64,000 bases of DNA. Source: Desulfosoma sp. GTDB taxonomy: Bacteria > Desulfobacterota > Syntrophobacteria > Syntrophobacterales > DSM-9756. A model generated the notes under the pieces. That model saw only the letters and a list, made by a program, of their open reading frames with translations. It made no database searches and was not told the origin of the DNA. Positions 20,392 to 30,304 of the stretch are shown piece by piece; the first letter of the stretch is position 1, and every line of letters begins with the position of its first letter. The position numbers and the translations under genes were made by a program. The stretch lies in the NCBI GenBank assembly GCA_037481835.1, contig JBBFKW010000002.1, forward strand, positions 202,544 to 266,543, read 5' to 3'.

Positions 20392-21594
20392 ATGACAGGA
20401 GGATCCAGGGCGTTGGACGGCATCAAGGTGTTGGACCTTTCCCGGGTTCTTGCCGGACCGTATTGTTCCATGATGCTGGGAGACATGGGGGCGGATGTGA
20501 TCAAGGTGGAACGCCCCGGGGCCGGAGACGACACCCGCCAGTGGGGCCCTCCGGAAGCCGGCGGCGAGGCCGCCTATTACCTCTGTGTCAACCGAAACAA
20601 GCGCAGCATCACGGTGGACCTGAAAAAGGAAGAAGGCCGGGAGATCATCCGCACCTTGGCGTCCCAAAGCGACATCCTCATCGAAAATTACAAGGTGGGC
20701 ACTCTGCCCAAGCTGGGTTTGGGCTACGAGGACCTAAAGAAGGTCAATCCCGGCCTGATCTACTGTTCCATTACGGGATTCGGGCAAAACGGGCCGTACA
20801 AGGACAAACCCGGCTATGATTTCATGATCCAAGGCATGGGCGGCATCATGAGCATCACCGGGGATCCCGAAGGGCCGCCCATGAAGGTGGGGGTGGCCAT
20901 CGTGGACATCACGGCGGGCCTTTTCGCCTGCAGCGCCATTTTAGCGGCGCTGTATCACAGGACCCTCACGGGCCGAGGACAGTACATCGATGTGGCCCTT
21001 CTCGACGCCGTGGTGGCGTGGCTCGCCAACGTGGGCAGCAACTATCTGGTTTCGGGAGAAATCCCGGCGCGATATGGCAACGCTCACCCCAACATCGTGC
21101 CCTACGAGCCCTTCAAATGCAAAGACGGCACCTACATCGCCCTGGCCGTGGGCAACGACCGCCAGTGGCAGGATTTCTGTCGGCTGGCCGGCTTGGACCA
21201 TCTGGCCGACGATTCCCGCTTCGCCACCAATCCCCAGCGGGTGATCCATCGCAAGGAACTCATTCCCCTGGTGGCCCAGGCCATGCTCCAAAAGACGGGC
21301 GATGAATGGCTCGAGGCCCTGGATCGGCTCAAGATCCCCTGTGGGCCCATCAACACGTTGGATCGGGTGTTTTCCGACCCGCAGGTCTTGGCGAGGCAGA
21401 TGGTCGCCGAGGTGCCGCACCCGACGGCCGGGTCGGTCAAGCTGGTGGCGAGCCCCATGAAGTTTTCGGACACGCCGTGTGTCATCGACCGGCATCCGCC
21501 GCTTCTCGGCGAACACACGGAAGAAGTCCTCCGGGACGTGCTCGGCTTTTCGGAAGACAAGATCCGCACGCTGCGGGAAAAGGGGGTCATTTGA
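20392..21594 (+). CDS. Family III (CaiB/BaiF) CoA-transferase
   Basis: GIKVLDLSRVLAGPY, GADVIKVERP, NRNKRS, SITGFGQNGPY, PPLLGEHT. Confidence 0.95.
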   Translation: MTGGSRALDGIKVLDLSRVLAGPYCSMMLGDMGADVIKVERPGAGDDTRQWGPPEAGGEAAYYLCVNRNKRSITVDLKKEEGREIIRTLASQSDILIENYKVGTLPKLGLGYEDLKKVNPGLIYCSITGFGQNGPYKDKPGYDFMIQGMGGIMSITGDPEGPPMKVGVAIVDITAGLFACSAILAALYHRTLTGRGQYIDVALLDAVVAWLANVGSNYLVSGEIPARYGNAHPNIVPYEPFKCKDGTYIALAVGNDRQWQDFCRLAGLDHLADDSRFATNPQRVIHRKELIPLVAQAMLQKTGDEWLEALDRLKIPCGPINTLDRVFSDPQVLARQMVAEVPHPTAGSVKLVASPMKFSDTPCVIDRHPPLLGEHTEEVLRDVLGFSEDKIRTLREKGVI

Positions 21595-21601
21595 GACGGT
21601 C

Positions 21602-21730
21602 ATGGGTGAGGCGCTGATCATCTTCGTCAACGGGATTGTGGGCGTTTTTCTCGGCATGAGCGTTCTCTACGGCGCCATGCATTTATTGGCGTACGTGGTG
21701 AAACGGGCGAGCAAGGAGGGGCAGCCGTGA
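21602..21730 (+). CDS. Na+-translocating decarboxylase membrane anchor (OadG/GcdD-like)
   Basis: 42-aa single-TM ORF with GIVGVFLGMSVL, overlapping the beta-subunit start. Confidence 0.75.
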   Translation: MGEALIIFVNGIVGVFLGMSVLYGAMHLLAYVVKRASKEGQP

Positions 21731-22845
21731 ACGGTGGACCTCTCGATTTGTTGGCCCAGATGGGGCTGCTGGCGGTCACGCCCGGCATGGTTTTCATGTG
21801 GTTCGTGGCGGGCGTGCTCCTCTACTTGGCCATCGCCAAGCAGTTCGAGCCGCTCCTTTTGCTGCCCATCGGCTTTGGGATCCTCGTGGCCAACTTGCCG
21901 CTCACGGGCCTCATGGAACCCGGAGAAGGGCTCATTTGGCGCTTTTACCATTACGGGCTCCAGTGGGAAGTCATCCCGCCCGTCATTTTCCTCGGCTTGG
22001 GCGCCCTTACGGACTTCGGGCCCATGCTGGCCCGGCCTTCCCTCATCTTCCTCGGAGCGGGAGCCCAGGTGGGCGTTTACGTCACGTTTTTCATCGCCCG
22101 GCTGCTCGGCATGACCCTTCCCGAAGCCGCCACGACGGGGATTATCGGCGGGGCCGATGGCCCTACCACCATTTATCTCGCCACGCGGCTCGCCCCGCAC
22201 ATGCTTGGAAGCTGTGCCGTTGCGGCCTATTCCTACATGGCTCTGGTGCCCATCATTCAGCCGCCGGTCATGAAGCTATTGACCACCCGGGCGGAGCGGG
22301 CCATCGTCATGAAGAAGTCCCGCAAGGTTCCCAAGCTGGAGCGCATCCTCTTTCCCATCGTGGCCACGCTGGTCACCGTCTTAGTGGTGCCGGCTTCAGC
22401 GCCCCTCATGGTCATGTTCATGCTGGGAAACCTCTTCAGGGAATCGGGGGTTGTGGAGCGTCTGTCCGGAGCCGCCCAAAACGAGCTCATGAACATCGTC
22501 ACCATCTTTTTGGGCCTTTCCGTCGGGGCCACCATGAACGCCGCCACCTTTCTCCAGCCCAAAGTGATCTTCATCTTCGTCCTGGGATTGGCGGCCTTTG
22601 CCGTCAGCACAGCCTCCGGAGTGCTTTTCGCCAAATTCATGAACCTTTTCCTTAAAGACAAGATCAACCCCCTGATCGGGGCCGCCGGGGTTTCGGCCGT
22701 GCCCATGTCGGCTCGCGTGGTCCATCAGGTGGGCAGTGAAGCCAACAAGAAAAACTATTTGCTCATGTTCGCCATGGGGCCGAACATCGCGGGAGTCATC
22801 GGGACCATTTTGGCCGCCGGGGTGTTTCTGTCCATGCTGAAATGA
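21727..22845 (+). CDS. Na+-translocating decarboxylase beta subunit (OadB/GcdB/MmdB)
   Basis: EPLLLLPIGFG, GIIGGADGPT, AAYSYMALVPIIQPP, NPLIGAAGVSAVPM, AMGPNIAGVIG. Confidence 0.96.
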   Translation: MNGGPLDLLAQMGLLAVTPGMVFMWFVAGVLLYLAIAKQFEPLLLLPIGFGILVANLPLTGLMEPGEGLIWRFYHYGLQWEVIPPVIFLGLGALTDFGPMLARPSLIFLGAGAQVGVYVTFFIARLLGMTLPEAATTGIIGGADGPTTIYLATRLAPHMLGSCAVAAYSYMALVPIIQPPVMKLLTTRAERAIVMKKSRKVPKLERILFPIVATLVTVLVVPASAPLMVMFMLGNLFRESGVVERLSGAAQNELMNIVTIFLGLSVGATMNAATFLQPKVIFIFVLGLAAFAVSTASGVLFAKFMNLFLKDKINPLIGAAGVSAVPMSARVVHQVGSEANKKNYLLMFAMGPNIAGVIGTILAAGVFLSMLK

Positions 22846-22983
22846 AACGCGGAGGCGGCCGCCACTGGCGCCGGTCCTGCAGGGGTGCTCTGTCTATGAA
22901 CGGGCGCATGGCGACGACCAAGTCTTGTGTGAACGATGAGCCTATCCAAGCCTGGAACCCAACGAACGACAAGGAGGAGACAC

Positions 22984-23199
22984 ATGGCTGAAGACGTCCT
23001 GGCCCCCATGGTGGGCAAAATTCTCAAGATCAAGGTGAAGCCCGGCGATGCGGTGCAGGAAGACGATGAGATCCTCGTCATGGAATCCATGAAATTGGAA
23101 ACGTCGGTCCATGCGCCGTGCAGCGGCGTCGTCAAAGAAATCAAGGTGTCCGAAGGCGACCGCGTGGAAGAAGACGATCTCTTGGTGGTGATCGAATGA
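22984..23199 (+). CDS. Biotin carboxyl carrier protein
   Basis: 71 aa, ESMK biotinylation motif; AGGAGG RBS. Confidence 0.9.
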   Translation: MAEDVLAPMVGKILKIKVKPGDAVQEDDEILVMESMKLETSVHAPCSGVVKEIKVSEGDRVEEDDLLVVIE

Positions 23200-23220
23200 C
23201 GAGGAAGAAAGGGGACTTTC

Positions 23221-24378
23221 ATGCAGTTTGAACTCACCGAAGAACAGCGCATGGTCCAGGAACAGGCGCGCCGTTTCGCCGAAAAGGAAATCCTTCCCAC
23301 GGTGGAAGAAGAGGAACGCGGTCATGTCTTCAATCGCGAACGGCTGAAAAAGATGGGGGAACTGGGGTTTTTCGGCTGCTGTATCCCCGAAGAATACGGG
23401 GGGAACGGCATGGGCTTCGTGGAATCGGTGCTCATGACCGAGCAGATCGCCAAGGTGTCCCCATCGTGGCGGGTCCCATTCAACATGCAAAACATCGGTC
23501 CGGCCATCACCGTCAATCAATTCGGCACCGAAGAACAGAAAAAGGCCTTTATCCCTGGGTGGGTATCGGGGGAAAAGATCGGCTTTTTCGCCATCACCGA
23601 ACCCAACGCCGGTTCCGACGTGGCGGGCATGCGCACCACGGCCAAAGACATGGGGGACCATTGGGAACTCAACGGCCAGAAGATGTGGATCAGCAACGCC
23701 CCTGTGGCCGATGTGGGCTTGGTGTACGCCTACACGGACAAGGAAAAGAAATATAAGGGCATGACCTGCTTCATCGTGGATGTGGCCAACAACCCCAATA
23801 TCGAGAGGCGGGCCATCGAAACCAAGTTGGGACTGCACTGTTCCCCCACGGGGGAACTCATTTTCGACGGCGCCAAAATCCCCAAGGAGGCCGTCTTGGG
23901 CCAGGTGGGCGACGGCTTCAAGATCTGCATGTGGATGCTCAACAACACGCGGCTCAGCTGCGCGGCGGGGGCCCTGGGGGTGTCCGGCGCGTGCCTGGAT
24001 CTGGCGGTCAAATACGCCAACGAAAGGACCCAATTCGGGCAGCCCATTTCGAGCTACCAGATGATCCAGGCGCAGATCGCCGAAATGGCCGCGGAACACG
24101 AAGCGGCCAAGTGGCTCGTCTACCATGCGGCCTATCTCAAGGACCAAGGCAAACCCAACCAGCTCCAGACATCCATCGCCAAGTTCTTCGCCTCGGAAGC
24201 GGCCGTCAAGGCGGCCAACGAAGCCATGAAGATTTTCGGGTCCTACGGCTTTTCCACGGAATATCCCATCGAGCGGTACTATCGGGATGCCAAGTCCTAT
24301 CAGGTGGTGGAAGGGACGAGCAACGTGCAGAAGATGATCATTGCGGGCATCACGTGCGGGCATCAGCCGAACCGCTGA
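23221..24378 (+). CDS. Acyl-CoA dehydrogenase, resembling non-decarboxylating glutaryl-CoA dehydrogenase
   Basis: ACAD motifs (TEPNAGSD, RTQFGQPI, YYRDAK..VVEGTS); RVxxNM and KLGLHCSPTGEL segments recall the strict-anaerobe glutaryl-CoA DH; operon context. Confidence 0.8.
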   Translation: MQFELTEEQRMVQEQARRFAEKEILPTVEEEERGHVFNRERLKKMGELGFFGCCIPEEYGGNGMGFVESVLMTEQIAKVSPSWRVPFNMQNIGPAITVNQFGTEEQKKAFIPGWVSGEKIGFFAITEPNAGSDVAGMRTTAKDMGDHWELNGQKMWISNAPVADVGLVYAYTDKEKKYKGMTCFIVDVANNPNIERRAIETKLGLHCSPTGELIFDGAKIPKEAVLGQVGDGFKICMWMLNNTRLSCAAGALGVSGACLDLAVKYANERTQFGQPISSYQMIQAQIAEMAAEHEAAKWLVYHAAYLKDQGKPNQLQTSIAKFFASEAAVKAANEAMKIFGSYGFSTEYPIERYYRDAKSYQVVEGTSNVQKMIIAGITCGHQPNR

Positions 24379-24390
24379 GAGGAGGAGGGT

Positions 24391-25947
24391 ATGGCACCGG
24401 AGTGGAAAGAGCTCACGGAAAGGTTCCAGGCGGAACGGGAGCGGCTGCGAGCGGGCGGCGGAGCCGATCTCCAGGAGAAAGAACACGCCAAAGGCAAGCT
24501 CACGGCCCGGGAACGCATCGAGCTCCTGTTCGATCCCGGGACGTTCGAGGAGCTGGATCTTTTCGCCAAGCACATCGGGCGGGACTATGGTTTGGACAAG
24601 AAGGAACTGCCCGCAGACGGCGTGATCATCGGCTACGGGGAAGTCAACGGCCGAGGGTGCATGGCCTATGTGGAGGATTTTACGGTGGTGGCGGGCACCT
24701 TCGGCGAACGGCACGGCCGCAAGATCTGCAAGATCATCGACATGGCCCGTAAATACGGCTATCCCGTGGTGGGGATCAACGACTCGGGCGGCGCCCGCGT
24801 GACGGAACAAATGGGCGCCTTGTCCCAATACGGCCAGCTTTTCTACCGCCATGTGGCGGCCTCCGGCGTCGTTCCCCAGATCGCCCTCATCATGGGCCCC
24901 GTTGCAGGCGGCCAGGCCTACTCCCCGGCCCTCATGGACTTCATCTTCATGGTGGACAAGACGAGCTCCATGTTCATCGCCGGGCCGCCTCTGGTGGAAG
25001 CGGTCGTTTACGAAAAGACAGACGAGCAGTCTCTCGGCGGCCCCAAGGTCCACGGAAAGATCACCGGCGTTTCCGACGGGACCATGGCCGACGATCGGCA
25101 CTGTCTGGAACAGACGCGCCGGCTCCTGTCGTACCTTCCCTTGAACAACAAGGATCTTCCCCCCTACGAAGTCCCCGAGGACAGCCCCGATCGGGAAACC
25201 AGGGACCTGGAAGACATCATCCCGACGGACCAGAAGAAGCTCTACAACATGCGTCGGGTCATCGACGTGGTGTTTGACCAGGGGTCTTTCTTCGAACTGA
25301 AAAAGGAATTCGCCCAGAACCTGATCATCGGCTTCGCGCGCTTAAACGGCCATGTGGTGGGTGTTGTGGCCAACAACCCCATGAAGTACAACGGAGCCCT
25401 GGACTACAACGCCGCCGACAAGGGATCGCGCTTCATCCGGTTCTGCGACGCCTTCAACATCCCGCTCATCAATCTGCAGGACGTGCCCGGGTTCCTCATC
25501 GGGACGCGTTCCGAACACAACGGCATCATCCGCCACGGCGCCAAGATGCTTTACGCCTACGCGGAAGCGACGGTTCCCAAGATCACCTGCGTGGTGCGCA
25601 AAGCCTATGCCGGAGGCTATCTGGCCATGTGCAGCAAGGACCTGGGAGCCGACGTGGTTTTCGCTCTGCCCACGGCCGAAATCTGCCTCATGGGCCCTCA
25701 AGGCGCGGTGAACATCCTCTTTCGCAAGGACATCGCTTCGGCTCAGGATCCCGAAAAGGTGCGCGCGGAGCGAGAAGCGGAATTCATGGAGCGCTACGTC
25801 AATCCCACTTACGCGGCAGGATTGCAGCACGTGGACGACATCATCCTTCCAGGCGAAGTTCGGCGCAAGCTCATCCGGGCCTTGGAAATGACCCTGGACA
25901 AGGACGAAGAGGCACCGGATCGAAAGCACGGCATCACACCGGTGTGA
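24391..25947 (+). CDS. Acyl-CoA carboxyltransferase/decarboxylase subunit (PccB/MmdA-like)
   Basis: KGKLTARERI, NDSGGAR, FIRFCDAFNIP, DVPGFLIG, RHGAKMLYAYAEATVPK. Confidence 0.93.
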   Translation: MAPEWKELTERFQAERERLRAGGGADLQEKEHAKGKLTARERIELLFDPGTFEELDLFAKHIGRDYGLDKKELPADGVIIGYGEVNGRGCMAYVEDFTVVAGTFGERHGRKICKIIDMARKYGYPVVGINDSGGARVTEQMGALSQYGQLFYRHVAASGVVPQIALIMGPVAGGQAYSPALMDFIFMVDKTSSMFIAGPPLVEAVVYEKTDEQSLGGPKVHGKITGVSDGTMADDRHCLEQTRRLLSYLPLNNKDLPPYEVPEDSPDRETRDLEDIIPTDQKKLYNMRRVIDVVFDQGSFFELKKEFAQNLIIGFARLNGHVVGVVANNPMKYNGALDYNAADKGSRFIRFCDAFNIPLINLQDVPGFLIGTRSEHNGIIRHGAKMLYAYAEATVPKITCVVRKAYAGGYLAMCSKDLGADVVFALPTAEICLMGPQGAVNILFRKDIASAQDPEKVRAEREAEFMERYVNPTYAAGLQHVDDIILPGEVRRKLIRALEMTLDKDEEAPDRKHGITPV

Positions 25948-25955
25948 CAGGAATC

Positions 25956-25993
25956 AAAGGGGGGAGCCGCCCAGTGGGGCGCTTCCCCTTTTT
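25956..25993 (+). terminator. Probable intrinsic terminator
   Basis: AAAGGGGGGAGC...GCTTCCCCTTTTT hairpin after the carboxyltransferase stop. Confidence 0.7.
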
Positions 25994-26127
25994 CGTGGCC
26001 TAAAAAGGTTGTTTCTTCTCCACAAAAATTGTACGGCTTTTTCAAGGGTCGTGGGATGGGTCCCGGATGGGCGCTCGGTTCGGGGCCGGAGGGCATGGAT
26101 GGTTTTTTGACAAGAAAGGAGAGGTCT

Positions 26128-27123
26128 ATGAAGAAGCTCGGTGTGGTAATGGGTTTGGTGCTGTGTCTTTTGGCCGGGCAGGCGCAGGCCGAATCGGCCA
26201 AAGCCATCATCGCCACGGGGGGCATCGGCGGCGTCTATTACTATTACGGGACGCAGATCGCCGAAATCCTCACCAAGGCCAACGCCTTGCCCTCGACGGC
26301 GATCCAAACGGCCGCTTCCGTGGACAACATGTTGCTCATTCGAGACAAGACCGAACCAGACAAAAAGACCTACTTCCTGGCGACCGTGTTGCCCGACACG
26401 GCCTACTTCACCGTGACGGGAAAGCATGAAAAGTTCGCCGAAAAGCCCGTCAAGGCGACCATCTTGTGGATGATGTATCCCAACTACCTGCACGTGGTGA
26501 CGACCGCCCAGTCGGGCATCAAGAGCCTGGCGGACCTCAAAGACAAACGCGTTTCCACGGGGGCTCCGGGAAGCGGCACGGAATTTACGGCGCTGAATCT
26601 CCTGAAGGCCGCCGGGATCGATCCCGAAAAATTCAAGAAGTGGGAAAAGCTCGGGGCCAAGGAATCGGATGAGGCGCTGGCCAACGGCACCCTGGACGCC
26701 TATTTCTGGTCAGGCGGTCTGCCGACGGGAAGCATCGTGGAATTGGCCAACACCTTGAAGCGCAAGGGGCTGGATTTGGCCTTGGTGCCGCTGCCTTCCA
26801 CGGATCCTGGTGTGGCGGCCTTCATGAACGAATTCAAGGGGCTCGTGGATCCCCAGGTCGTCAAGAAAGAAGTCTATTCCCTGAGCGACGACGTTCCCAC
26901 GCTGGCCTTTTGGAATATGTTCGTCGGCCCGGAATCTCTCCCCGAAGACCTGGCTTACACGGTGACGAAGACCGTGTTCGAAAACCTGGAGACGCTCCAC
27001 GCCTCGGTCAAGCCGTCCAAAGACACCACGGCGGAAAACACGGCGCGTTTCATCGGCAAGACGGCCATCCCGTTCCATCCCGGGGCCGTGCGCTACTTCA
27101 AGGAAAAGGGCCTTGTGAAGTAA
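26128..27123 (+). CDS. TAXI family TRAP transporter solute-binding protein
   Basis: Signal peptide, IATGGIGGVYYYYG, ASVDN, GAPGSGT, PFHPGAVRYFKE. Confidence 0.93.
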   Translation: MKKLGVVMGLVLCLLAGQAQAESAKAIIATGGIGGVYYYYGTQIAEILTKANALPSTAIQTAASVDNMLLIRDKTEPDKKTYFLATVLPDTAYFTVTGKHEKFAEKPVKATILWMMYPNYLHVVTTAQSGIKSLADLKDKRVSTGAPGSGTEFTALNLLKAAGIDPEKFKKWEKLGAKESDEALANGTLDAYFWSGGLPTGSIVELANTLKRKGLDLALVPLPSTDPGVAAFMNEFKGLVDPQVVKKEVYSLSDDVPTLAFWNMFVGPESLPEDLAYTVTKTVFENLETLHASVKPSKDTTAENTARFIGKTAIPFHPGAVRYFKEKGLVK

Positions 27124-27138
27124 AGGCCGGCGGACGCC

Positions 27139-27546
27139 ATGAAACCCCGCCCCACGGCGGTCGCTTGTGCGGTTTGTGGCATCTTTCTCGCCGCCGTGGG
27201 GTTTTTCCTTAAGCCCGCCCGGGTAGCCGTGGACGATCGCTCCACGGTGGTCGTCTTCCGGCGCTTTGAGGAAGGCTCCATTCGCTTCGTCAATTCGGTC
27301 ACGCAAAAGCCCGTGACCATTCGCTTTCGCGTTCGATCCCTTTTCAGCGACTTTTCCATGGAAACCGACGAGGAGACGGAAAACTATTACACATCCGGGA
27401 CCTATGCCATCGACCCTGTCCTTTCCCGCCACACCTCTTCCTCGCTGAAGCTCTGCAGCATCCAAGGCATCGCGCTCTCCGTTGGTGACGACAGGTGGGA
27501 GATTCAAGACGGCTGTTTGGAGGTGACTCTGCTATGGACGTTTTGA
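27139..27546 (+). CDS. Small TAXI-associated protein (DUF1850-like)
   Basis: 135 aa, N-terminal hydrophobic segment, FVNSVTQKPV motif; lies between TAXI SBP and permease. Confidence 0.6.
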   Translation: MKPRPTAVACAVCGIFLAAVGFFLKPARVAVDDRSTVVVFRRFEEGSIRFVNSVTQKPVTIRFRVRSLFSDFSMETDEETENYYTSGTYAIDPVLSRHTSSSLKLCSIQGIALSVGDDRWEIQDGCLEVTLLWTF

Positions 27547-29627
27547 TTCGAAGACTTGTGCAGGTGCTGGCCATTCTGGGAACGCTTTACCATCTCTACC
27601 TGGTCGTTCACCCGCACACGCCCTTGTCCTCGCTGAGGGTTTCCATCTTGGACCTCACCCAGGTCCAGAGGGCGACCCACGTGTGTCTGATCGCCCTTTT
27701 GGGCTATTGGGTGTGCGTCTACCGGCTGAAGAGCCGAAGCTTTTGGGGGGCCCTGCCGCTCCTGATCATGACGGGGTTCCTGACCTTTGAATTCCTGCGC
27801 CTGGACGTACCCGTTTTCATGAAGGCCATGGCCTGCGCGGTGTGGGCTTTGACCATGCTTTCGGTCACCATCCCTCAGGTGGGCATGGCGGCCAATGTGC
27901 TCTGCGGCCTCCTCAGCCTCTTTCCCTTCATTTATTTGGTCGCGACTTACGAAAAGCTCATCTATCGCGCCATCATGCCCGAGCCGTGGGACCTCATGAT
28001 GTCCCTGTCGGAAATCCTTCTGGTCCTCGGGGTCATCTTTCGCCTGAGCGGGCCCATCATGCCCACGCTCGTCATGGTTTTCGTCCTCTACAACATTTAC
28101 GGGAATCATATCCCGGGCGTTTTCGCCAACCCCGGTTTCAGTGTGGACATGCTTTTGGGCAAGCTCTATTGCGAGACGGAAGCAGGCATTTTCGGCTCCA
28201 TTACCGGCGTTTCCTTAAAGTACCTCATCTATTTCACGACCTTGGGCGCGGTGGTGACCCAAATGGGCTTCGGCAAGATCATCGCCAACATCGCCTTGCT
28301 TCTCGTCGGACGCAGCCCGGCTTCTCCGGGGCGAGCCAGTTCGGTCATGGCGGTGCTCATGGGCATGTTCTCGGGATCGGGGGCCGCCGACACGCAGTTT
28401 GTGGCCACCTTGACCAAGCCGCTCTACGACCAGGTGCGATACAACCGCCTGGTGGCCGCAGGCGTCATCGCCACCGTGGGCTCCATTGCCTACATCACCC
28501 CGCCGGTCATGGGCTCCATCTCCTTCATCATGGTGGAACTCCTGTCCATCCCGTATTCCATGATCATCATCATGGCCACAGGCCCCATGCTCCTGTACCT
28601 GGCCAGCATCATGCTCTACAATGAACTCTACGTCCTTCGGGAAGGCCTTCCCCACCTGCAAGTGGCCACGACGACCACGTGGGCCTACTTTCGCCGATAT
28701 TCCTACGTCTTCGTGCCCATCCTGGTCATCATCGCCTTGATTTACCGAGGTATTTCCATCAACCTCACGGTTTCCGTGGCCATCGGCCTCTTTCTGCTGT
28801 TCGCCTATGCGGACCGTTCCGTGAGACCTCCGGTGGCCAAGGTGTGGGAAGCACTGGAAGAAGGGATCGTCTCGCTCTTGCCCATCGCCAGCGCGGTCAT
28901 CGCGGCCAACATGATCATGTCCATGATGGTCTTGAGCGGGCTGGCTTCCAAGTTTTCCATCGTCATGCTCAAGATCAGCGGATCCAGCATGCTCTTGGCC
29001 ACGCTGTTCACCGGCGTCTTCAGCCTCATTTTGGGCATGGGCGTGCCGCCCATCGCCACCTATGTCTTGACCTCGGCCCTCACGGCCCCCACCATCCAGA
29101 AGCTGGCCATGATGAGCGGTATTCCCGAGGGGCCGGCCCTTTTGGCGACGCACATGTTTCTTTTCTATTTCGCCGTGCTGGCCGAGGTCACCCCGCCGGT
29201 GGCGCTTTCGGCCTACGCGTCGAGCGCCGTCATGGGGACGGATCCCATCAAGACCGGGGTGTTTGCGGCCCGGGTGGCCCTGCCCAAGTACTTCATCGGG
29301 CTTGCCTTCATCTTGTCGTTCAGCGGCACGGCCCTGCTCATCCTGCCCGTGACGGAAACCCTATCGGGCTTTGAGGCGTTTCGCGTCATCGCCTTGCGCT
29401 ATCTCGCCTCCATCGGGGCCGTATTGTTTCTCAATGCGGGCGTTGTGGGCTACCTCTTCCGAAGGCTTTCCCAGGTGGAGCGCTGGCTTACGGGGCTGTG
29501 CGGCCTGCTCCTTTTCTACCCCCACTTCGGGCTGAACGCGGTCACAGGCGCCATTGCCCTTATCGTCAGTGGCTACGCCTGGATGACCCGGCGCAAAACC
29601 GCCGCGGCTCCAGCCCCGAAAGGGTGA
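27534..29627 (+). CDS. TRAP transporter fused DctQM permease
   Basis: Polytopic, ITPPVMG, ILGMGVPPIATY, HMFLFYFAVLAEVTPPVAL. Confidence 0.93.
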   Translation: MDVLIRRLVQVLAILGTLYHLYLVVHPHTPLSSLRVSILDLTQVQRATHVCLIALLGYWVCVYRLKSRSFWGALPLLIMTGFLTFEFLRLDVPVFMKAMACAVWALTMLSVTIPQVGMAANVLCGLLSLFPFIYLVATYEKLIYRAIMPEPWDLMMSLSEILLVLGVIFRLSGPIMPTLVMVFVLYNIYGNHIPGVFANPGFSVDMLLGKLYCETEAGIFGSITGVSLKYLIYFTTLGAVVTQMGFGKIIANIALLLVGRSPASPGRASSVMAVLMGMFSGSGAADTQFVATLTKPLYDQVRYNRLVAAGVIATVGSIAYITPPVMGSISFIMVELLSIPYSMIIIMATGPMLLYLASIMLYNELYVLREGLPHLQVATTTTWAYFRRYSYVFVPILVIIALIYRGISINLTVSVAIGLFLLFAYADRSVRPPVAKVWEALEEGIVSLLPIASAVIAANMIMSMMVLSGLASKFSIVMLKISGSSMLLATLFTGVFSLILGMGVPPIATYVLTSALTAPTIQKLAMMSGIPEGPALLATHMFLFYFAVLAEVTPPVALSAYASSAVMGTDPIKTGVFAARVALPKYFIGLAFILSFSGTALLILPVTETLSGFEAFRVIALRYLASIGAVLFLNAGVVGYLFRRLSQVERWLTGLCGLLLFYPHFGLNAVTGAIALIVSGYAWMTRRKTAAAPAPKG

Positions 29628-29860
29628 CGGACTGTTCCCCGAGGCGCCGTGAACCCCATGGGGGTGCGGCGCTTTCCCGATTCCCTCAGAGAATACCAGC
29701 GGGCGGGAAGGCCGCCGGGACTTCCAGGGACCGGAGCTCCTTTGCGACCAAATGGGGGCGAGGTCCCGTAGGCCCGCTGCGCCGCCACAGGCACGGCCCG
29801 CTTGGGGAGGGGCCTGAATCCTGGGCCCTGCGGCAATGCGCCCGCCCTTTCGCGAGCCGC

Positions 29861-30142
29861 TCATTGCAGCTTCTTGGGCGTTTTCAGAGGAGCGGGAGCC
29901 TGGACGAGCCGGTTCGTCAGGTCCTTGCGGAAGTGTGCCGGAAAGGGCTTTTGTCCCAGGCACATGGCCAAAAGGTCCATGTCGTCCAGGGAAAGAACGG
30001 CTTCCAATTCGCGAAGGTCGCCCTCGTCGAGCCGCTCGCCATGGATGTCCCAGAACCGGGTCAGGATGAGTTCCAGTTCCTGAGTGGCACGACGCCGGCA
30101 CAGGTAGCGCAGTTTCCTTCGCAGCACATCCATCGATTCCAT
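29861..30142 (-). CDS. SdhE/Sdh5-like flavinylation factor
   Basis: RRKLRYLCRRRATQELELILTRF and LSLDDMDLL pattern resembles SdhE; size fits. Confidence 0.7.
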   Translation of the reverse strand: MESMDVLRRKLRYLCRRRATQELELILTRFWDIHGERLDEGDLRELEAVLSLDDMDLLAMCLGQKPFPAHFRKDLTNRLVQAPAPLKTPKKLQ

Positions 30143-30304
30143 CCTTTGGGGACCTTCCTCGACTTGGGAGTTCTCGTTTTTGCCGGCGTTCTTTCGGTAA
30201 GCACCACGTTTTCAACCGGCAAAGCTCTCAACAATGGGAGGCGCGTCCAACTCAAGCAGGGTCGTGCCACATGCGTCGATCTTGGCTTTGGCCCTCTTGA
30301 CGCT

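Noticed and set aside
22942..25101. 719-aa minus-strand ORF
   Set aside because: Antisense to clear biotin carrier, dehydrogenase and carboxyltransferase genes.
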